64,000 bases of DNA from Rhynchopus sp. YZ270_cl-10. Taxonomy: Eukaryota. Made by a program: the position numbers and the translations under genes. The stretch is from positions 1,860,001 through 1,924,000 of the forward strand of contig OZ037834.1 in NCBI GenBank assembly GCA_964035575.1. Direction: 5' to 3'. A model generated the notes under the pieces. The model was not told the DNA's origin. It ran no database searches and saw nothing but the letters and a program-made list of their open reading frames with translations. Below, in pieces: positions 13,286 through 27,440 of this stretch. Numbering within the stretch: the first letter of the stretch is position 1; every line of letters starts with the position of its first letter.

Positions 13286-16200
13286 ATGTTTACAAAATCG
13301 GGGTGCCCGCCCCCATGGGCAGCGCTAGTCGTCCTTCTGCATGTTAGCGTAGTGGTGGAGGTGAGTGCCCGCATCACGGATTCTATACCCACGCCCCCGC
13401 CCCTGGGGAGCAAGACACCAATCCCAAATATAATGAAGGTGACGGCAAGTCCACCCGAAACGCCAAAGCCGCCGGTTTGGGGGACTGCAACAAAATCCCC
13501 GACCAACCCACCTCTCGTAGACAACGACGCGCGGAAAACAAATGCGCCACCGACAAATGCACCACCAACACCTGCACCACCGACAAATGCACCGCCAACA
13601 AATGCACCGCCGACAAATGCACCGCCAACAAATGCACCGCCGACAAATGCACCACCAACACCTGCACCACCGACAAATGCACCGCCAACAAATGCGCCAC
13701 CAACAAATGCACCACCAACACCTGCACCACCAACAAATGCGCCACCAACACCTGCACCACCGACAAATGCACCGCCAACAAATGCACCGCCGACAAATGC
13801 ACCACCAACACCTGCACCACCGACAAATGCACCGCCAACAAATGCGCCACCAACAAATGCACCACCAACACCTGCACCACCAACAAATGCGCCACCAACA
13901 CCTGCACCACCGACAAATGCACCACCAACACCTGCACCACCAACAAATGCGCCACCAACACCTGCACCACCGACAAATGCACCACCAACAAATGCGCCAC
14001 CAACACCTGCACCACCGACAAATGCACCACCAACACCTGCACCACCAACAAATGCACCACCAACACCTGCACCACCGACAAATGCACCACCAACACCTGC
14101 ACCACCGACAAATGCGCCACCAACACCTGCACCACCGACAAATGCACCACCAACACCTGCACCACCGACAAATGCACCACCAACACCTGCACCACCAACA
14201 AATGCACCACCAACACCTGCACCGCCGACAAATGCACCACCAACACCTGCGCCATTGACATCAGCGCCACTTACATCTGCACCATCGACAAGTGCGCCAC
14301 CCACAAGTGCTCCATTGACAAGCGCGCCATTCACAGCAGCGCCACTTACATCTGTACCATCGACAAGTGCGCCACTGACAAATACACCACCCACAAGTGC
14401 GCCTTTGACATCAGCGCCACTTACGTCTGCACCATCGACTAGTGCACCATTGACGTCAGCGCCGCTGACGCCTGTTCCACAGACATCTGCACCACTTACG
14501 TCTGCGCCACCGACAAGTGCGCCATTGACTTCAGCGCCACTTACGTCCGCACCACCAACAAATGCACCACTTACACCCGCGCCACCCACAAGTGCGCCAT
14601 TGACATCAGCGCCGCTTACGTCTGCACCATCGACAAGTGCACCATTGACGTCAGCGCCGCTGACGCCTGTTCCACAGACATCTGCACCACTTACGTCTGC
14701 GCCACCAACAAGCGCGCCAATAACAAATGCACCACTTACGCCCGCGCCACCCACAAGTGCGCCATTGACATCAGCGCCGCTTACGTCTGCACCACCAACA
14801 AGTGCACCATTGACATCAGCGCCGCTGACGCCTGCTCCACAGACATCTGCACCACTTACGTCTGCACCGCCTACAAGTGCGCCATTGACAAATGCGCCGC
14901 TAACACCTGCACCACTGACGTCTGCGCCACTTACAAATGCACCACTGACAGCAGCGCCACTGACGCCTGCACCACCGACAAGTGCACCACTGACGTCTGC
15001 CCCACTTACAAATGCTCCACCTACAAATGCACCGCTTACACTAGCACCACCCACAAACCCGCCAATCACATCAGCACCACTAACAAACCCTCCCCTGACA
15101 CCTGCACCACTTACACCTGCACCACCAACAAGCGCACCATTAACAAATGCGCCATTGACATCAGCGCCACTGACGCCTGCACCATCGACCAGTGCACCAC
15201 TGACGAATGCACCGCTTACATCTGCACCACCCACAAATGCGCCAATCACGTCGGCACCACTAACGAACCCTCCACTGACACCTGCGCCACTTACCTCGTC
15301 TCCGTTAACACCTGCACCTGCAACCTTGGCGCCTTCAACGCCTGCACCACTAACGATCTCGCCACCTACACCTGCGCCACTCACTCCAGCACCGCCAACG
15401 TCTGCTCCAGTGACGGTGTCGCCAGCAACAATGGCACCGCCTACATTTGCGCCTCTGACGTTGTCCCCGTTGACACCTGCGCCACTCACTTCGACACCGC
15501 CAACACAGGCGCCAGTAACGGTGTCGCCAGAGACACTTGCCCCAGCAACTCAGGCACCGCCCACACCTGCACCACTGACGGCATCACCGCCTACCCCTGC
15601 ACCAGCAACGATGGCGCCAGCAACACCTGCGCCTCTTACTGCGGCACCGGCAACCTTGGCACCGGCAACGCCTGCACCACTCACTTCGGCACCCACCACC
15701 AACGCACCCCCGACACCAGCACCACTCACTACATCGCCCGCGACAGGCTCACCACCTACATGGGCGCCTGTCACCACCACACCAACACTGCACCCTACAC
15801 TGCAACCTACACCTGCACCGACGGGGACACCTGCGACGATGACACCAACTGCAGCAGCGACACCCCTCCCACCTTCTGCGGCACCGGCGACTGCAGCACC
15901 AGGGACACAGGCACCAAGCACGCTGGCACCTGGTGATTCTTCTGCACCAACCGAAGCACCGGTGACTGCAGCACAGATGCTCGACACCGCAGGCGTCACC
16001 GTAGTGCAGGCGCTCACCTCCGAGCAGTTGCAGGGGGTCGGGGGCACCGTCCGCATCTCTCTTGCACGCCTCCGCACGCAACACACACTCGGCACACCAC
16101 AGGTCCAGATCCGCTGGCCTGGGGGCGAGCGCACACTCCCTTCCGACAACAGCCTCTCTTGCGAGGGCTCGCCGTGTCTCATATTGGTATGCAGCACCAC

Positions 16201-18354
16201 ACCACCACCACACCACTACACTACTACACCCCCTCAACCCAACAGTGGACTGACGTTTCCCCAGCACAGTCCGAGTTTGGCCTCGCCGCTCGGGTTCTCG
16301 TAAATGACGAATTTGTCACTGCCGCGGTGCCTTCCGAGGGCGAGGTGTTGCTGACGCTGTCGGACCCTGCATTTCGCGCATATGCACCGCACAGCGAACG
16401 GCTGAGGGTTGGGGTGCACACTGGGTATTTTGATGATGAGGCACGCTCCACGATTTGCACGACCCCGGTTAGCGAGGTGGAGGGCAACCACCTGAAGTGC
16501 GACTGTCGCGAATCCACTTGCACCTCCGCCCCGATGACGCTGTCGAGCCAGCCTAATGAACTCCCGAATGCAGCAGAGGTCAAGGAGGCCACCCAGGTTG
16601 CAACCACTGCAGTCGCCACCGTCGTCGCCTCCGGCGCTGTCCTCGGTGCAGGCGCTATGTCCCCTACCACTGGTGGTTCCCTTGCCCGCCTCTCCGTCCT
16701 GACGCAGCTGTGCCCCAACGACGGACCTACCAAGCTGGACCGCACCCTCAACCCTCTGGGCCTCGCTGTCGGGGACGACCCTGACGTCCGCGAAGTGAAC
16801 GGTGCCATCGTTGGGTCGATCGCTGTGCAGGCAGCCCTGCTCCTCGTCTGCGTCGTCACATCCGCAGTCATGCTCTGCCGCCTCCACGGTGACCGTGAGA
16901 AAAGCCGCTCAGGCGCAGCCTTCCTCCCCATCGACACCGAAGCGCCCCTCGAAAAACCCACCCTCCTCGTCATGCCCGCACGCATCACCGCAAAAGACGC
17001 TGTCTACGTCATGGCGCGAGCACGCTTTGGATGGGTCCTCCTTCCAGCAACGTTTCTATACGGTGGCGCAGCGCTTGCTAGCATGTCTGCAATGCTTCAC
17101 TCTACACCTTTCTTCAAATTCTTGGGCGGGGCGGATTTTTTGGTGTTTCTCGTAGGAATTCCGGTATACGCTTTTTACGTCGGAAAACGCTGCATTTCAC
17201 ATGCCGAGCTTATTCCAATCGAAAGTACGAATCACAAATGGTACCACACGCTCTTCTGGGGCCGCAGCGAATGGATCCCCCGGAGCACCGACGACTCTCA
17301 TTCCGACTCCTGGTTCGAACTGAACCACCTCTTCTTCGACGGCTATAAGGAATCCTCACGCTACTTTATGGTCTGCGAGCTTCTCCTCACCTTCTCCCTT
17401 GGTGCTGTCGGAGCCTGGAGCCCTCAGGAGAACCACTCTTGTTGGATCAAAGCTGCTATCACTGAATCCATACTTTGTATCTTTGCAGTTCTTCTTCTCG
17501 CAACTCGGCCTTATCTTGCGGTTTATGAGAATATCTTGGAGACTTCTATTGTAGTTTCTGAGGCAATCATGATGGGGTTTATTCTAATGGCGATGTCAGA
17601 TGAAAACCAAACGGAGCATTGGGCTGCCGCCTATGCAGGTAACTGCGCCATGGTTGTTGTGTATCTGATCTCATTCAAGGCTGTGGCAGATCTTTCTATC
17701 TTTGTTACCGATGAATACGCAGTATGGAAAACACTACGCCATTCTGACGCAGACGGTGTCGCATCCACCTTCATTGGACACATGATCTGCTGTGGAACAT
17801 CCATGCATTCACGCTACGATGACGTTGTCTCACGCAAACGTAAGGTCAACCTAAACGGCACAACCCTCGCAGACAATGAAGACAAAGCGCTCTGCTCCGC
17901 AGACGTTCTCTCCCACTTCGGCGTCTCGGTCGAGCTTGCAGTGCGGGAACAGAAAGGTGAGTCATACAACTCCTCTGAGTGTCTCCTGGATTGCACCTCG
18001 CCGCTAGGCGCATCGCATGAACAGAGCTATTTTGGCGATTCTGTGTTTGGGGGTGGCGCGCAGTCGCAGTTTGGCCATTTTGGTCGGGGAGGAGGTGGTG
18101 GAGGTGGTGGTGGTGGTGGTGGGGGGTCACCCAGCACTCCATACAGCAGACAACAGCGTGCAGGTGGGTTCTCAAGTGGACGCCACGCGAGGCTCTCAGT
18201 GTACTCATCAAATGCACCCTCGGTCGCAGGGAGTCTAGAGTCGAGTGTGCAAAGATATACACCTCCTGTAGTGACGCCCACAGAAGGGCTCACAGAAGCG
18301 CCGATTCCACCGAAGGGAAAATCAGGCAGGGCGACATTCGCAGTTTGTGTGTGA
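13286..18354 (+). CDS. Mucin-stalked multi-pass membrane surface protein (~1669 aa); exons 13286-16186, 16246-18354
   Basis: Signal peptide, then ~750 aa of T-x-A-P-P/L pentapeptide repeats. A phase-0 GTATG..CAG intron (16187-16245) joins the two ORFs in frame. The C-terminal region has about 7-8 hydrophobic helices, as in large membrane-protein families of free-living euglenozoans. Confidence 0.85.
13518..15740 (+). repeat. 15-bp coding tandem repeat (TNAPP/TPAPP/TSAPL)
   Basis: ACAAATGCACCACCA-type units, near-identical at the 5' end and more degenerate toward the 3' end. Confidence 0.95.
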
Positions 18355-18576
18355 TTTTTTTTTATTTTGTGTTATCAAAACATTGACGAGAAATGGAAAA
18401 CGACGGATGGTGCGTGCCCGCTTTAGCGTATTGGTTTTCCACTAACATACACCTCACTCACGTTATCATAGTGAAAAACACAAACCTTTTTTGCGGTGCG
18501 ATAATAACGAAAAAGTGTTTTCTTTATTTCACTTAACCGTCATATCCTGAAGTCGTTTTCTATTTTGATTGATTTT

Positions 18577-19322
18577 TTTTCTCAACTGAGGAAAAGTAGC
18601 TCTGAGCAAACCCCGTGGAAGAAGTGTGAGGATAAATTCACTTTTCCTCACACATAGCCACTTTTCCTCACTCAATTTGGAAAAGTAGCAATAATTATTG
18701 GCTGGGGTTTGTGTAGAAAAAAGCCTATGTGTGAGGCTTTTTTTGGTGTGAGGAAAAGTAGAGGGGGGGTCGAAAAAAAAATTGGGTGGGAGAGTGGGTC
18801 ATTTTGATATCTCTGCTTCACATTTTGTCACCGTGACCAACATGACCATTTTTTGGTCCATTTTTTCGGCCAAAAATTTGGTACCACAGGGCTATACCAT
18901 ATTCTGGGATTATCAATATTTTGAAAATACGGCCTGGTATTCGGGCCAAAATGTCCCATAGTAGCCTTACTGGGTGTCGAGCAGAGCCAATCTTAATCGT
19001 GAAATTCGATTTTCTGTGAAAAACATTACCACCAAAAAATCGTCTTTTTTTTCTGCATATTCACCCCACACTTCTTCCACGGGGTTTGCTTAGAGCTACT
19101 TTTCCTTCAGTTGAGAAAACTATTATATTCTAGTGAAATATTCACTTTCCCTCCACTCGTGCCCTTTCAGAAACTCGTGGCTGACTTTATCCCACTCGCT
19201 TCGCTCGTGAGATAAAGTCTATTACCCCACTCGCTTCGCTCGTGGGGTAAAATGCCACTCGTTTCTGAAAGGTACACTCGTGTGAGGAAAAGTGAATATT
19301 TCCTCAGACGAATAAATAGCTA
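18577..19322. mobile_element. Non-autonomous element with ~50-bp inverted repeats plus a terminal branched palindrome
   Basis: IR CTCAACTGAGGAAAAGTAGCTCTGAGCAAACCCCGTGGAAGAAGTGTG (18581-18628) versus its complement (~19067-19115). CACTTTTCCTCAC subrepeats are shared with the adjacent 19120-19322 palindrome. Confidence 0.7.
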
Positions 19323-19972
19323 TTTTTTACATTTTGCGAGATCCATTGAGGTTGATTGTTTTTTTTAAACTTTGCGCGTTTTTATTTTAAATTTGCCTAT
19401 ACCCCCACCCCGATGCCGACGATTTCTGTTCTTGTCGTATTTCCCTTTTTTACAAAGTATGTTTTCCTCTGTTGATGTGATGAGAATTGTCAAGGAAATG
19501 CGGGGGAAACCCCCTTCCTCCCATTCCCCGTTCCCTTTCTCTCTCCTCCCCCCCCTTTTTTTCCCCACCCCACATTTCCTTCGCTGTGTGTCGCATCTGC
19601 AGAGCAAATCATACATAAGGGGAAACCGTCAAGACAGAAAAATGGGGAAAAAAACCCCGGAAGAGTGGTCCAAAAAATTTAAAAAATGGAGCACTTCGAG
19701 TTAAAAAAAACTCAATCGTCGCCCCAAAAATCTGTCGTTTTTTTGTTTGGTTTTGTTTTTTGTTTTATTCTTTTTTACATTGTATGCGTCCCAGAGGCGT
19801 TTTTTTTTGCTAATCCTTAATCTCACTTTTTTTTTTGGCAGTGGAATGTGTAACACTCCACATTCCCAAATGAATTTTTTTTAGGGAAATGGCGTTTTCG
19901 GGGAGGTCCCCCCTTCCCCAACACTTTTTAGATGTGTGTACTCAAATAAGTCTCGCACGTTCATACTTATTT

Positions 19973-20006
19973 AGGTGACTAAGCACGAGAGGCTTAGGGT
20001 CATCTT
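19973..20006 (+). repeat. Hairpin family A (AGGTGAC-TAAGC-ACGAGAG-GCTTA-GG-GTCATCTT), representative copy
   Basis: Further copies near 7795, 10426, 12181, 12841, 20037, 22178, 22563, 30745, 32163, 39291, 43264, 45986, 49022, 52814, 62648, 63175 and 63825, all on +. Confidence 0.9.
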
Positions 20007-21909
20007 ATAAACTTTTCCTTTCTTTTTTTTTTGTAAAGGTGACCAAGCACGAGAGGCTGGGCTGTATTTGCTTTCACTGACTCAGCGGAAGGCGCACCTT
20101 TCGAACATTTTATTCTTTTCTCTACCCTACTTTTTTATTTTTTTATTCAAAAAAAGGGGAGACGACGTTGATGGACAAAACTCCATCTTTCGATTGAAAA
20201 TATCATAATTATGTTTCTCTTTGTGTGCGTGTCAATGAAGTGCTCTCTGTGGTTCGATAACCCCCGCGGTGTACTGTGAGGCGTTTGCACTTTTAAAAAA
20301 GTTTGGGTACATTTAGTGCACCCTATTATACCTTCTATTCAGTAGAATAGTTAGTATATGAAACAACTTTTCAAAACACTATTCCTGTATTTTTCTCTCA
20401 TATCTTAGATGGGTACGGCAACAAGCCGTGCACCGTCGTTTTTTTCTTCTTATCTCACGGATGATTGATCCCTTTTCTGAATTATTATTATTGTTTTTTT
20501 TTAAACCTAAGTCCGAGAAGCTGACGGCGCACGCCTTAGCTTTTGTTTACCTTTTACAGCGACGAACGAAACCCTCTTTTTTCCCCCTTTTTTCTTATTC
20601 ACTGCCCTGTTTCTCTTTCTTTTGCCACACGATTTATCGATAGCGATCATGATAGTGGTACAAAAAGTTATTGTAAGATGTGCGTGTTTGATAACTAATA
20701 GGGGGGTAATTCTTGCGCAGAATATGACCTTCAATGTGTGTGTGTGTGTGTGTGCACGAGAGACACATTCATCTTTTAAGTTTTCGTTCAGTATCTCTTG
20801 TGGTACGTTCAGTATTCGTCGGCTGTGTTGCATTTCTACTCACAAAGAAATGCTCTCTCGTTTACCCACCCCCTCCCTTTCTAGCTGGTAATACGGTTTT
20901 CCACCCCTCAAACCCATTACAAAAAAAAACATCACCCTTTCTTTAGCTCCCCCCTCATTGCTCTGCTCTGTGATTGATTCATCGCCGACAAAGCGTTTTC
21001 TTGCTTTCTGCTATTGGTGGGCGTATGTGTTCGAGAGACACACCCAAGCAACCATGTCGTCATTTTTTTTTTTTTTTTTTCGTTTTTTTCATTTCAGAGA
21101 AGATGTATGTGCACAAGAGGCGTATGCAGATGGATCTTTAAAGAAAATAATTCTTTCTCTCTTTTTCAGTTTTGTTCAGATAAATCATCGACCGTACCGT
21201 GTTGTTTCAAGGATCTAAATTATAATTCAGATCCTGCCCCGTTCCCCCATACCGTTTCCCCGTAGGAGGCTGTTGTGTTTATCTGTATTGACACGATGTC
21301 TCCCTTTCTGTCATCTGCATTTCATTTCTGATGTTTTTTTTTTTTAAATCCATTTCGGAGTCTTTCTCCACCCCCCATTCTCGAAAAATAAAATAAAACC
21401 AGCGGAGGTAATTAGGGTATTTTTCCAAAAAAAAAAAAAAAACTGAGACCCTGGTATTGCTCGCTATCCCCTGCGTTCCGTTTAGTTATTATTATTGTTG
21501 AAAAACGACACAAAAAAAATTCTAGCTGCGGAGCGAAAGGAAAGAAACCTCAAATTTAAAAAGAAATCAAAAAAAGAAATTCCATGAAGGTGTAGTGGAG
21601 CTCACCCTCGGGGTGTCTACACTAATACACCACCAATTTTATGTCAAATTACATTAAGGAACTTACTAACCTCTATTCACGGTCTGTATTTTAGTTAGAA
21701 GCAGTGCCTGCGTCCGCTGATACGCGGTGAGGCGTTTACACTTTCCACTTCTCTTTTTTACTTATCGTTTTTTTTGTTTAGCGCGTTGTCCATGTTGAGG
21801 CGTCACACCAGCACCCATGCACGACGACATTTGCCACGAGAGGACATACACACTTGACAAGCAGTTATCGTTAACGTTTTGTGCTTGTTTTTTGTGTTTG
21901 TCATGTCAT

Positions 21910-22036
21910 CCACCTGATTTTTATCCCGCGTATAGGCGCGTAAAGGCGTGTACGGACGGTCCGTATATGCCTGTACGGACCTATACACGCCTATACACGC
22001 CTTTACGCGCCTATACGCGGGATAAAAATCAGATGG
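21910..22036. mobile_element. Palindromic MITE (CCACCTGATTTTTA TIR family)
   Basis: Near-perfect ~40-bp inverted arms; 3-4 bp flanking duplication (TCA/GTCA). Confidence 0.78.
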
Positions 22037-22910
22037 GTCACGACAAATGCCGTTGTGTACCTGGGTGCGGTGGGCCCCCCAAAGCATCGACACGTAGCTT
22101 GACTCGCAACCTCTTCTCTTAGTATCCCCTCTTTCCCAACTCCCCCCAAAATTTCCCCCCTCGTTTGTGTTGGTATAAGGTGACCGAGGTGCAATGCTTG
22201 GGTCATCTTGACGACACCTTTTCTTTTGTTGGATGTGTGTCCCCCATGAGAGGCATATTACATCTTACAATTTTTCAATTTTCTTTTTCTCTTCTTTTTG
22301 TCATGCACTTTCGTGTTCTGCTTAATACGCAGAGAGAGAGAGGCTACGTCATGTTTGTCCCCAATGCTTTGTATTTATGTAGATTCGAAGTGGATTACAT
22401 TTTTCAAAAAAAAAAAAATTATATGTGGGAGTGCTCTGTATCGGTAGATAAAGGTGGTTTTTGCACTTTTCCCACAAATTCTCGTTTCTTTCATCATCCA
22501 CAAATCCCCAGCAGGGTTTTTTGTGTACAACTATCAACTTCGCTTGACTTAGCTTCTTTATCAAGGTGACTAAAGCACGAGAGGCTTAGGGTCATCCTAT
22601 AATATTTTTTTAAATATGCCAATATGGCAAAAGGCAAACAGGAAAAAATCGACGGAAGGTTTCCTGCAAATTGTTTTTCGGTCAGTATTTGTTTTAGCAC
22701 CCCTCGCGCACTCATACAGCAGGGGGGGGACACACAGAAAATTAGAGCGATAAACGAAAAAAAGTATCCCTTTAAAGCGTACTCCCAGTGGTCCATCGAG
22801 CGATGTATGTCTAGGCTCCCTTTGCGTATAGGGGGAGTTGCTTGTGTCGTGGGTTTGACGGGGTTGGTGTCTTCACCTCCTCATCCCTCGGTCCACGGCG
22901 ATGCTTATGA

Positions 22911-24353
<1,443 letters not shown>

Positions 24354-24939
24354 ACGTGACTGAAGTGGAATGAACCTTGTCCTTGTGGAGCTGTTAGCCA
24401 GACCATTGTTGTGAAGACTGTGTGTAAATATTTGAAAACCACTGGTTGCGGAAACACAGCAACTGGAACATTTGTCGTATTTGGCTGAATCCCCTGACGT
24501 GGTACATCCGCGTGATCTAGCTGGGGGTGGAAGCACTGGCTTATTCTTGACTTTTTATTTGACACATAACAAGACCACCGAATGCACAAACAGAGCAAAG
24601 GAATTGAAGCTTAGTTCTCTTATACACAAGCGGAAAACAGTGGGCTTGCTATGTGAAATATGAAGATGTTTGCATGCCACGTGCTCGTTGTGCACCGTGC
24701 TGGACTGCTCGGTGCGGTACCATATTTTATTAATCTTTCACCGTGATGTCTTTGTGTTATTATTTTACTTTCTTGTTGTTACTTTTGTTGTTATTGCTTT
24801 TTGAGACCCCATCTGCACACACTCTATCCTGCATATTGCTGTGCAAAGTGTGCGTCTGCACGTAACGTTCGCTGCAGAAAATTCATTGTTCGGCAACTTT
24901 TCACGCACTTTGGTGGAAGAAAAAATCAAATAGGATAAC

Positions 24940-25734
24940 TGGTGTGATTTTTCTAAAAAAAAGGTGTAAAAAAGGTCCTTCTAAGGTCCTTCTAAGGTAT
25001 GGTGGTTTTCCTTAGGGCATTTCCTTAAGGAAAACGTGACTTTTTCCCGAGCTTTCTCTGTGGTGGAGTGGACTTGTTTTCGATCAAAAAACTGTGTACC
25101 CAGTACCCAGTACCCAGTACCCAGTACCCAGTACCCAGTACCCAGTACCCAGTACCCAGTACCCAGTACCCAGTACCCAGTACCAAAGGGCCGATGGAGG
25201 GTTCCGAGACGGCGATAGCCTGCGACACTATGTCATGGGAAGGTGGGATACTAGCTTGCGCCGCAGGCGCACGGTACGCTACTTTTATTGTTTCGGCGTA
25301 TCCTTTTTTCTCACTCTTCGTTGGGTTCCACGAGCTCCGCCCGTCAAATGATGGGGTGTAAAATTCGCATCTACGCAAACTGCCCCACGTTCCTTTTGTA
25401 CTTTTCCTTCAGAAGTCAAGTACTGACCATATTTTGCACACAGAACCTGAAAATGGCCTGTAAAAACTGACACATGCATTTTAGGTCAAAAATACTCATT
25501 TCTGAGCGCAAAGTGACCCCATCACAGCACGTACAGGCTCCGGTGCACCGAAATCAAAAAAAAATTTTTTTGATTTTTTGTGGGGAAAAATTTCTGGGGA
25601 AATTTTCTGGCCACAAAAAACCACCAAAAAGATGTACACAAAATAATTTTAGCACCCCCCAAAAAAAAAGGTGTAAAAAAGGTCCTTCTAAGGTCCTTCT
25701 AAGGTATACCACTACCCTTGTATAGGTCACACCA
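24940..25734. mobile_element. TGGTG...CACCA family element, 795 bp, 5-bp TSD
   Basis: Ends TGGTGTGA / TCACACCA with ATAAC on both sides. Contains a 46-bp direct repeat (24955-25000, 25662-25707) and a 7-mer array. Confidence 0.7.
25097..25184. repeat. (TACCCAG)x12.5 tandem array
   Basis: Perfect 7-mer repeat; a short copy also occurs at ~6089-6108. Confidence 0.97.
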
Positions 25735-26057
25735 ATAACGTTTTGTGAAACTAAAGTAAGGCAAATGTCGCGATGAAAAGAAATATACAACTTGCTGAAC
25801 CCACACACCCACTCTGCCTTCTTGTATCTGTCCCACTCCACTTTGTAGCTGAGATGACAGGTGTCACTTTTTTCCGAACACCCATTCAAGGTGTGACTTT
25901 AGACCCTTCTTCACCGGCTGTCTGTGCCATCTGGAGGGTGCATCACCATGACCGAGATTTGCTTCCATTTGTGAACCGCCACATGACAACACATCACACC
26001 AAACAAACCCCAAACAAGCAAACCACTGACAGAAAAGACACAAAAACAAAACACACG

Positions 26058-27044
26058 ATGCGTACCCTGTCCCTTGTTGTGTGTGCCCTCCTGGCGAGCC
26101 AGGCACACGGCTACTCTGAGCAGTACGTGCGTGCCAACTCCCAGCTTCTGTGGAACACCTTCAAGGCCGACCACGGCAAGCAGTACTCGAGCATCGCCGA
26201 GGAGCAGCGCCGCTACGGGATCTTCACCGCCAACATGCTGAAGGCGTCCCGTTTCGAGAAGGAGCAGACCAAGGGAGCCCAGTTCGGCATGAACGTGTTC
26301 TCTGACATGTCTGCTGCTGAGTTCAAGTCGTACCACAACATGAAGGTGGAGAAGAAGCAGTCGCCCCCTGCCATGTTCACGGAGGAGCAGGTGGCTGTCG
26401 CCGCCGACTCCAAGGACTGGAGGTCGGCTGGTGCCGTGACCCACGTGAAGAACCAGGCGCAGTGCGGATCGTGCTGGGCGTTCTCCACCACCGGAGGAAT
26501 TGAGGGACAGTGGCAGCTGTCCGGCAAGACCCTGACCTCGGTGTCCGAGCAGGAGCTTGTGTCGTGCGACAAGGTCGACCAGGGCTGCAACGGAGGTCTG
26601 ATGGACAACGCCCTGAAGTGGCTGATCTCGAACCACAACGGAGACATCGTGACTGAGGACTCGTACCCCTACAAGTCGGGCACCGGAATCCGCCACGACT
26701 GCGAGTCCGTGACCGGCAAGCCCGTCGGAGCCACCATCTCGTCGTACAAGGACATCACCCACACCGAGGCACAGATGAAGACCTTCGTCTCCACCGGAGG
26801 ACCCCTCTCCATCGCCGTTGACGCCCAGAAGTGGCAGTCGTACTCCGGAGGAGTGCTGACCACCTGCTGTGGAATCTTCGGATGCCAGCTTGACCACGGA
26901 GTGCTCATTGTCGGATACGGCGCTGACTACTGGATCATCAAGAACTCCTGGGGACCGACCTGGGGAGAGTCTGGATACATCCGTGTGTCCTACGGCTCGA
27001 ACGAGTGCGGCCTGAACGAGTCCCCTGTGACCTCGATTGTCTGA
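26058..27044 (+). CDS. Cathepsin L-like papain-family (C1A) cysteine protease
   Basis: Signal peptide, I29 propeptide (ERFNIN/GNFD-like), QCGSCWAFS, CNGG, LDHGVLIVGYG and YWIIKNSWG motifs. Confidence 0.97.
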   Translation: MRTLSLVVCALLASQAHGYSEQYVRANSQLLWNTFKADHGKQYSSIAEEQRRYGIFTANMLKASRFEKEQTKGAQFGMNVFSDMSAAEFKSYHNMKVEKKQSPPAMFTEEQVAVAADSKDWRSAGAVTHVKNQAQCGSCWAFSTTGGIEGQWQLSGKTLTSVSEQELVSCDKVDQGCNGGLMDNALKWLISNHNGDIVTEDSYPYKSGTGIRHDCESVTGKPVGATISSYKDITHTEAQMKTFVSTGGPLSIAVDAQKWQSYSGGVLTTCCGIFGCQLDHGVLIVGYGADYWIIKNSWGPTWGESGYIRVSYGSNECGLNESPVTSIV

Positions 27045-27440
27045 GCACTGAGATTTGCACTCTGATTCCAGCGCATATGATCAAACGTATTTGTTTTATT
27101 ATCGATGAATCTGTCCGTCGGGCTTATTCTTTTTGCCAAGTTTTGTTTCTTTGTTTATTTTCTCTATATGTCTCCACGTAGACGCGTTCCTATTAAAACC
27201 ATTTTTTATTCACCGACTTCCGGTGTTTCAATTTTTTTTGTTTTTAAGCCCCCCTCCGCGTGTCTGTGTCTATGTCCACTGATTATTATTCGGCTAACCG
27301 CACCTCCTTTCTCTCCACTTTTTCTCTCCACCACTTTTTCTCTCCATTAACTCCCTCCCCCTCCACTCCTTCTCTCCGATCCCCTACCGCTACTCAGGGA
27401 GAAATCAACACTCATCAGATATAAACAAAAGAACATTGCG

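Noticed and set aside
13252..15489. Long antisense and alternate-frame ORFs over the mucin repeat
   Set aside because: Shadows of a stop-free 15-bp repeat; the same applies to antisense ORFs over ubiquitin, cathepsin and the poly-Q exon.
19973..20006. Hammerhead or HDV ribozyme, or tRNA, identity for the hairpins
   Set aside because: No CTGANGA/GAAA core, nested pseudoknot or cloverleaf with A/B boxes is visible on either strand.
25097..25184. Telomere
   Set aside because: Short, internal, inside a TSD-flanked element, and not TTAGGG.
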